DNA of 61,781 nucleotides from a virus (Duplodnaviria; Caudoviricetes): IMG/VR virus record IMGVR_UViG_3300028374_000014, positions 1 to 61,781 of that record; one strand, 5' to 3'. Shown piece by piece: positions 55,653 to 61,781 of this stretch (position 1 is its first letter; each line of letters starts with the position of its first letter). The notes under the pieces were generated by a model. It saw only the letters and a program-made list of their open reading frames with translations, ran no database searches and was not told where the DNA came from. The position numbers and the translations under genes were made by a program.

Positions 55653-58600
55653 CTTCTTTTTGTAAATACTCCAGAATTCAACCTGAATGCTTTTTTGATA
55701 TTTTTGAAGTTCCTGAATTCACGAACCCGATCTATGGCTTTAATTTGCGCTTGATCGAATGTGACAGATTTCTTGTTCTCTTTGTTAAATGTAAGAATAA
55801 AGTAATCGTTATAGATAGGTAATTCGTCATAAAGTCTTTTTTCTTTTTTATCAAAAATGGCAGCATCATACCGTACAATACGACAGAGCATGTCGTTATG
55901 AGGATAACTTTCAATATTATCTGTAGTTAATTTTTCCCAAATCGGCTTTTTAACAAAAGTATTTCGATCATTTGATTCAAAACTCATTAACCCCTGTACC
56001 TCAACAATATTCATGTAGTTTAGTATAAAAGAAGAAATGTTTTCATCAGTAATGTCCCCGATGCCGCCCTTGGGAGTAAAAATATTCTTCGTGACGCCCT
56101 TAATTCCCAATGATGAAGCAAACAGGGATTTAATCTGATTTGGCATTGAGGCCACATCTTTTTGTACAATTTGTTTTTCATCCAGAACGTTTATTGGAGT
56201 TTTAAGATCGTAGTAGTAAGATAGTTTCGATTGGTCGCGTTTATTCGTCTCAAAAACTTTCTCGTTCAACGAAAGAGATTGATTGTTTTTGTAAGAGTTA
56301 GCGATATTCTTCATCGCAGCAAGTGCTGATGCTTTAACGGTGTTATTTGACTGATTAACCTCCAAATCCTTTCCAGTGAATGACTCATCTTTAAACACTT
56401 GTTCTTCGGGTACTTCATTCGGTTTTTCTTGTTCTGTGCGTGGTATTGTAATTCCTAAATTTGTTGACAAATTATACAGTCTTTTGTTAACCAATTTTTC
56501 GTTTCTGTTTATGCCATCAGGCACTTCTACGTTTTCAATGCCGCCATCTGTGGCTTCAACAAGCTTAAGTTCCAACAAATCGGCTTTTTTGACATCATAA
56601 GAATTCAAAGGGGTCATATATTCACGCTCATTAGGTGAAAAGTTCATCTTGGATACAGTAAAATGAGATAAATAATTATTAAATGTGTTATCGTTCGGCG
56701 AATATGATCTCTGTGTCGTGTTTAGACTAATTGGTGTCTTAACGTTATTATAATATTTCTTAGTTTCCGATTCGGCTCGGAGCTTAAACTTCTCTATACT
56801 CATAGAAGACAAGCCCTCCTCGTTATCATATGTCACAATTTCGTTGTTATTTGAATATTCTAAGAATTCCATGCCTTTAAACTTTATTGTATTGGAATCA
56901 AAAACATCCTTAAATTGATATTCGACTGTAATAGTATTATCCAAAAAACTTGATTTGCGAATTGTATCAGAAGCAATTGGATCCGCTTTACTGAAATTAC
57001 GAACGAATCGTTTTTGCAAAAATACGCGCTCCATGAAGCTTCGAAAAGCTTGAACAACTTCCAACATTTTCTGAATCGTTTGTATAGTTGCTTTCACAGG
57101 GTCAACAAAATCCAAAAAGATGTTTACAATATTGTCATCCAAATTATTAAGTAATAATGATACATTTACCGTAAACTCTACAACATTACCTTGCCATTTA
57201 AATGTTTTTTGAGAAAGCTTATCTTTATAAAAAGAATTTAACTTCCCTGTCTTAGAAATGTGATGGCGAGGATCCAAAGCTTCTTGCAAATATTTAGATA
57301 TAAACTTTTCAACCTTTTCAACCTTTTTGTACACATTATTGACAAAAGTAATGGTACCGTCCTCAATGACGAGTTTTATGTAATAAGAGTATAAACCATC
57401 TGTTACATTTTTCATCTCATGGTCTAGGGCAGTAAAAAACCTCAAATCATTAAAACTTATATTTAGTTCTCGTATCGTTCCCCTTACTTCCTTATTAATC
57501 GGGTTGATATAATCACTCTTTTGGAATGACCCAAAATTCTTTTCAGAACCATCAGCTATCACAAAATTATCTATTTCATCATTAAAATATTCTATATCTT
57601 CTAAAATCGTACCGATATGATTGGCGCGTTTAATCTTATGAACTCTTCGACGAGCAATTTCAATCTTCTTAATAGGGGAAAGCTTTAACATCTTGTTACC
57701 ACGTGCTTCGTCATTCTCACGCAAAAGAGCACCGAAAGATCCTAAGTCTTTAAGAATGCTTTTGTAGTTTATTCCGAAAGCCATTTTGGCTCGAAGTTCA
57801 TCATCTTGAGTGATACACAAATCAGTAAAATATTGTCTTCTTTTGGTATCAGACGGTAGGTCAATTTCTTTGTTTTTTATTGATGACAAAAGATCATTAG
57901 CAGATCCAAAATCAATAAGAGTTTCTTTCTGTGCGCGAAAGGCGCGGAAGTCTGTCACTACAGTGTTTGGAACTTTCTCTGCTGTTAACTTTTCTGTAGT
58001 ATCATATTTAGAATATTCTTCTGTTTCCGGGTTGTATTCCACCGGGCCATTGTATAAAACATTCGCCGAATCAATAAAGATATTGGATTCCGAAACAATT
58101 TTGCCATTATTGAATACATTTTCGATTGTCAACGAAGAACTTGCTGACTTAATCTTATTGTCTTCTATATCAATATTAAAATCTTCTTGTATGGCATTGA
58201 TATCAAAATACGAATACGCCAAAATGCTCAAATAATCGGGGCTAACATCTCTAAACTTAAAATTAATTCTAATAATATTTTCTTGGATTTCTTCGTCGTC
58301 AGTGAGTTCGACATCGATATCTGAAACGTATTTTGTAGCAACATTAATTAAACCTTGTTGTCTTAATGAATCGACAGCATCGCCAGTAATCAAACTAAAA
58401 TTGTCTATCACGTTAGCCATAACATCTTTTGATGTTATCATAACAATTTTAACTCGTAGATACTTGTCCATAAAATCTTTATTAATAAAGTTGGAATACG
58501 GAGAACTATCAGTATTACTTTCAAACATTGCCTCAACATCGATTGATAATACATCAGTCTCCTGATGGCCGGGTCGAACGTCTGTTAGTGGTAATACGAC

Positions 58601-58750
58601 AAAGCGGCCGCTACGGGGGCTTTGTTTCACGATAACGTCATCGCGCACGTGAGGATTATCAGTTTCAATGTTATTTAAGAATACAGCATCTAGGTCGATG
58701 CTTTTTATATAAATTTTTGGAAATAAACTAGAATCAATCATCGCAGTCAT
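55649..58750 (-). CDS. Large hypothetical protein, probably virion/baseplate
   Basis: 1033-aa ORF coupled to its neighbours. Confidence 0.65.
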   Translation of the reverse strand: MTAMIDSSLFPKIYIKSIDLDAVFLNNIETDNPHVRDDVIVKQSPRSGRFVVLPLTDVRPGHQETDVLSIDVEAMFESNTDSSPYSNFINKDFMDKYLRVKIVMITSKDVMANVIDNFSLITGDAVDSLRQQGLINVATKYVSDIDVELTDDEEIQENIIRINFKFRDVSPDYLSILAYSYFDINAIQEDFNIDIEDNKIKSASSSLTIENVFNNGKIVSESNIFIDSANVLYNGPVEYNPETEEYSKYDTTEKLTAEKVPNTVVTDFRAFRAQKETLIDFGSANDLLSSIKNKEIDLPSDTKRRQYFTDLCITQDDELRAKMAFGINYKSILKDLGSFGALLRENDEARGNKMLKLSPIKKIEIARRRVHKIKRANHIGTILEDIEYFNDEIDNFVIADGSEKNFGSFQKSDYINPINKEVRGTIRELNISFNDLRFFTALDHEMKNVTDGLYSYYIKLVIEDGTITFVNNVYKKVEKVEKFISKYLQEALDPRHHISKTGKLNSFYKDKLSQKTFKWQGNVVEFTVNVSLLLNNLDDNIVNIFLDFVDPVKATIQTIQKMLEVVQAFRSFMERVFLQKRFVRNFSKADPIASDTIRKSSFLDNTITVEYQFKDVFDSNTIKFKGMEFLEYSNNNEIVTYDNEEGLSSMSIEKFKLRAESETKKYYNNVKTPISLNTTQRSYSPNDNTFNNYLSHFTVSKMNFSPNEREYMTPLNSYDVKKADLLELKLVEATDGGIENVEVPDGINRNEKLVNKRLYNLSTNLGITIPRTEQEKPNEVPEEQVFKDESFTGKDLEVNQSNNTVKASALAAMKNIANSYKNNQSLSLNEKVFETNKRDQSKLSYYYDLKTPINVLDEKQIVQKDVASMPNQIKSLFASSLGIKGVTKNIFTPKGGIGDITDENISSFILNYMNIVEVQGLMSFESNDRNTFVKKPIWEKLTTDNIESYPHNDMLCRIVRYDAAIFDKKEKRLYDELPIYNDYFILTFNKENKKSVTFDQAQIKAIDRVREFRNFKNIKKAFRLNSGVFTKRR

Positions 58751-59774
58751 CCGCTAAATCTGGGCGTGTAACATCAGTTCTATATATTCCGCGAGGAATA
58801 GAAATTTGTGTATCGGAGCATTTTCTGTAAGATCCGTAGATACCTTGGCGTCGTGATTCTGGAACATACCTACAAAGTGCTTCTAAAGGGATCTCGTCGT
58901 CGACCTCAATGACCAAATAATACTCGACGTTTTCTGGTGTTATATTATTGTCTTCAAAAGCATTGAAAAATTCTTCATCGTCATAGATGTCATCACGCAC
59001 GAAGGGTTTTTGCTTAAAGTAAAGTGGGATTAACTCTTCCTGTTTGTATGTTGTATTTCCACCAGAAGTAACATTAGTATCTTTTTCTTCTACCATAAAC
59101 ACTTCTATATCAAAATTGTCATTCTTAAACATCGAATTAATTTCTTCCAAATCAATAAAGATATCTTGATTCACTACTTCAACAATTGTCCCGTCATCAA
59201 ATTCTTCTATATCATTTTCCAGCACGGTTCCTTCAAAACCTTGAAAAGAAATTTCCTCGAATAGCTCTTCAGAAATCCCCTTAAATACATTAATAGGATA
59301 TATATTATCTTTAAGATTTATTTGAGGTATTCTAACCGGTGCAACTGCTCCAGAGATAACTGGTGATGCTGAAAGTATATCACCAGCATAAAGCTCTAAA
59401 GCCCAAGCTGGTGCATATACACTTGAATATTTTGAATTACCTAGTGAGGAATTCGAATTGTAGGTCCGCTCTACTTCAGACTGGTTAAACGTAACATATT
59501 CGCCTTCTCTAAGATTAGCGACATTTTTTTTGTATTCCGTTTCAACGCCGGCCACAATTGTTTGTGGTTTTGTGTATACCGTTTCTTCCAGCAATCTAGT
59601 TTCAACTTCTTCCGAACTCGCTGTTAAGGATACATATTGACTATCATATAGAATGTCATCGTCATCAAAAGAATAGTATTCAGGCATAAATTGGCCCAAT
59701 GCTAACTTTTGTTTACCAAGTTTGGTAAGTTGCAAATTTATTACTTCTTCTTTATCATCGAATATACTCATCAA
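58734..59774 (-). CDS. Virion structural protein
   Basis: LQLTKLGKQKLA-x-G-x-F...YSF-x-DDDILYD, similar to the N-terminus of 51785..52705. Confidence 0.6.
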   Translation of the reverse strand: MMSIFDDKEEVINLQLTKLGKQKLALGQFMPEYYSFDDDDILYDSQYVSLTASSEEVETRLLEETVYTKPQTIVAGVETEYKKNVANLREGEYVTFNQSEVERTYNSNSSLGNSKYSSVYAPAWALELYAGDILSASPVISGAVAPVRIPQINLKDNIYPINVFKGISEELFEEISFQGFEGTVLENDIEEFDDGTIVEVVNQDIFIDLEEINSMFKNDNFDIEVFMVEEKDTNVTSGGNTTYKQEELIPLYFKQKPFVRDDIYDDEEFFNAFEDNNITPENVEYYLVIEVDDEIPLEALCRYVPESRRQGIYGSYRKCSDTQISIPRGIYRTDVTRPDLADDCDD

Positions 59775-59784
59775 TCATAATTAC

Positions 59785-60480
59785 TTAGAGATTTGATTCT
59801 TTGCAATTATAATATACTTGTAGATCTAACTCACCATGTATATCCGTCTCTTTCATCGGGGCACGGCCACGGGCAATATAGTTAACTGTTATTTCCATAT
59901 CTTCATTGACATATGGTCGCAAATCAATAGAGCCGTCAAATTGCGGATTAACCGTTTCTTCGTCCGCGTTGTTGAACCACATTAGCGGTAAATCATCTTC
60001 TGTTTTTAAGATCGCGAATTTAACAAAAGATAAATTGCCGGGACTGACCGACAATCTCGCACCAGTGATATGAATGTGGTCTGAATGGTAAACATACCCC
60101 AAATTATATCCTCTCGCGGTTCGGTTTTTAATGTTTATTGTGCGACTTCCTGTTTTAGTGTAAAAGATTCCAGTATAAATAGGTTTTGTAACGTATACCG
60201 TAACTTCGGTCGTTTCTTCAACCATTTGACATTCCACAACAGTTGATTCTCCTGAATTGTTTGGATCATCAGAAGGCTTCCGTGGGTCTTCAGAAGGATC
60301 GTAAGCCGTAGAATTATCACGGTCTGGGGACGGTTCATAAAAGTAGTAAGAGTCGTCCTCCGTCGATTGTACGGGGTTTGGCGGAGCCACTGATTCGTTA
60401 TCAATTGCATCAGGTGCTCTCTTAAAGAATCCGCAAGATATTGCCAAAACCATGATCATCATTAAAATAATTTTTTTCAT
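59785..60480 (-). CDS. Lipoprotein
   Basis: MKKIILMMIMVLAIS|C lipobox; AAGGAG RBS; Pro/Asp/Ser linker followed by a beta domain. Confidence 0.75.
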   Translation of the reverse strand: MKKIILMMIMVLAISCGFFKRAPDAIDNESVAPPNPVQSTEDDSYYFYEPSPDRDNSTAYDPSEDPRKPSDDPNNSGESTVVECQMVEETTEVTVYVTKPIYTGIFYTKTGSRTINIKNRTARGYNLGYVYHSDHIHITGARLSVSPGNLSFVKFAILKTEDDLPLMWFNNADEETVNPQFDGSIDLRPYVNEDMEITVNYIARGRAPMKETDIHGELDLQVYYNCKESNL

Positions 60481-60492
60481 TTTTTCTCCTTG

Positions 60493-61781
60493 TTACGTTG
60501 TGGGCGTTCCATCGTCATCACTACCGCCAAAGCCACCGAGGTCGCCAAGGCCGAAACCAGCACTATCTGAGAGGTCTTGGTCACCGGGCGCTGGGCCTTC
60601 TTCTTCCGGTGGGACGGTATCACCGCCTGTTGTGTCACCGCCTGTGAAATCAGGCGGCGGGGGGTTACCAAGGTTAAAGTCAGGACTTTCCGCGGGAATC
60701 ACTTCGTTGCCGGTGGAAGTAGTGGAAGTACCGCCTGTTGTGTCACCGCCGGTGGAAGTAGTGGAAGTGCCGCCTGTTGTGTCACCGCTTGTTGTGTCAC
60801 CCGTTATTCCTCCATGAAACTGTGGATCATCGAGGATGAGTGCTGCGTCGGGTTGATTGAACGTTTGGAACGTTTGTTCTGGAATTGACTCAACCGGTTC
60901 GAACTCTTCTAACTCGAACACCGGTCGAAGAGTTAACTTCTCGTTTGTCGACGTAAGTTTACGTGGCTGTGATTGACCGGGTTGACGAATTGCAGAGTTT
61001 TTGCTTCGGCGTCGTTGTGTTTCATCATTTGTTTCAATATGAATTCCAGACTCAATTTTGGCCATTTCGATAATTGTGCAGAAATCATAAGGCCAATTGT
61101 ATGAGTATTCAGGGATGCTAAACAAATCTGTTCCTTTCGTTCGAAAACGGAACCTCGAATCTTCCCGAGAAGCCAATACTTTGTTACTATAATCCCACTC
61201 AGCTTTTTTCTTCACTTTAAAGATTTGCCATCTAATCTTTTCCGAATAGAATGGGAGCATCTCATTTTCAGAAAATTCATTACCAATTGTAACTGATACT
61301 TGTTTAAGTTGTGGTTCTGGAGCAACATTGTGCCAGATTCGTTTCAAATCTTCTCTAGTTAATTCCATCTTGAATTCAAAAAAGAACATCGCAATCGGAT
61401 CAACCTTTGGACTACCACTGGATCCATCGAATGTAAGGAAATCGAATTTTGGTGGTATCACATATTTTGGCATTACGTTGATCGTATTTCTCAATGCTGG
61501 TCCGACATTTTGTGAGCCGGCTTTTGCTGCATCCAAAAGTTCTTGCTTGATTCCAAAATATTTCCTTCCTCTGGCCGTATCGTAGAATGGGATCGCTACC
61601 ACTGCTTCTTCAATAATTCGCTTTTCTGCCAGTTGACAAAGATCGACCGGATCTTTTGAGAAACCCACAACATCGGCGAGAGAACCGGTGGAATCTGGGT
61701 CTGTGATTGATACAGTTGGGGTCACTGGATAAGCGTCATCCTCGGAGGTATCGTTGCTATTGTTGGTCGCGTGAGCGATGG
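60493..61781 (-). CDS. C-terminal part of a large virion protein (truncated by the window end)
   Basis: The frame stays open upstream of the track's GTG at 61725 to the window edge. EAVVAIPF...KYV-x-PP-x-FDF...YSYNWPYDF, then a low-complexity GDTTGGTSTTST tail. Confidence 0.75.
   Translation of the reverse strand, partial: IAHATNNSNDTSEDDAYPVTPTVSITDPDSTGSLADVVGFSKDPVDLCQLAEKRIIEEAVVAIPFYDTARGRKYFGIKQELLDAAKAGSQNVGPALRNTINVMPKYVIPPKFDFLTFDGSSGSPKVDPIAMFFFEFKMELTREDLKRIWHNVAPEPQLKQVSVTIGNEFSENEMLPFYSEKIRWQIFKVKKKAEWDYSNKVLASREDSRFRFRTKGTDLFSIPEYSYNWPYDFCTIIEMAKIESGIHIETNDETQRRRSKNSAIRQPGQSQPRKLTSTNEKLTLRPVFELEEFEPVESIPEQTFQTFNQPDAALILDDPQFHGGITGDTTSGDTTGGTSTTSTGGDTTGGTSTTSTGNEVIPAESPDFNLGNPPPPDFTGGDTTGGDTVPPEEEGPAPGDQDLSDSAGFGLGDLGGFGGSDDDGTPTT

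Noticed and set aside
1-61781. Genome-wide stop-codon reassignment
   Set aside because: Core genes are full length in the standard code, and TAA, TAG and TGA all end genes at expected positions (for example TAG after SbcC GYAHVQV). The two internal stops are different codons.
1-61781. tRNA/rRNA genes, introns, inteins, integrase or transposase
   Set aside because: The gaps are short with no cloverleaf or T-loop motif seen by eye; terminase, primase, portal and capsid show no intein-like insertions; no recombinase motifs. A tRNAscan/Infernal run would be needed to exclude RNAs formally.

Overview
A 61.8-kb, AT-rich segment of a large T4-superfamily-like myovirus (contractile-tailed phage). 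Every credible gene is on the minus strand. Read in transcription order (right to left) it holds: baseplate/virion proteins; RuvC, primase and a fused SbcD-SbcC; holin- and spanin-like membrane genes and a patatin; terminase large subunit, portal, prohead protease, ribosomal protein bS21, a fibre module with about 39 tandem 20-aa repeats, scaffold and major capsid protein; neck proteins, sheath, tube, tail chaperone, tape measure and baseplate. The strongest candidate for an undescribed system is a set of unrelated accessory genes scattered between the core structural genes. They include an ADP-ribosyltransferase-like protein, two kinase-like proteins, PcfJ-like proteins, GNAT-like proteins and unknowns. 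Many share an N-terminal leader, K-L-[FML]-E-[NS]-W-R-x-x-[ILV]-x-E, which ends in a T4 gp21-type cleavage motif. I infer it is a capsid-targeting signal for packaged, injected effector enzymes. Other signals: a +1/-2 slippery U7 frameshift in the tail chaperone; a recurring TAnTTAT late-promoter-like motif, twice inside hairpins that hide a ribosome-binding site; an unannotated 22-aa ORF ending in a small pseudoknot; enrichment of [ST]-G-[STA] in virion proteins; and accessory genes broken by in-frame stops. All functional calls come from reading motifs by eye; no database searches were run.
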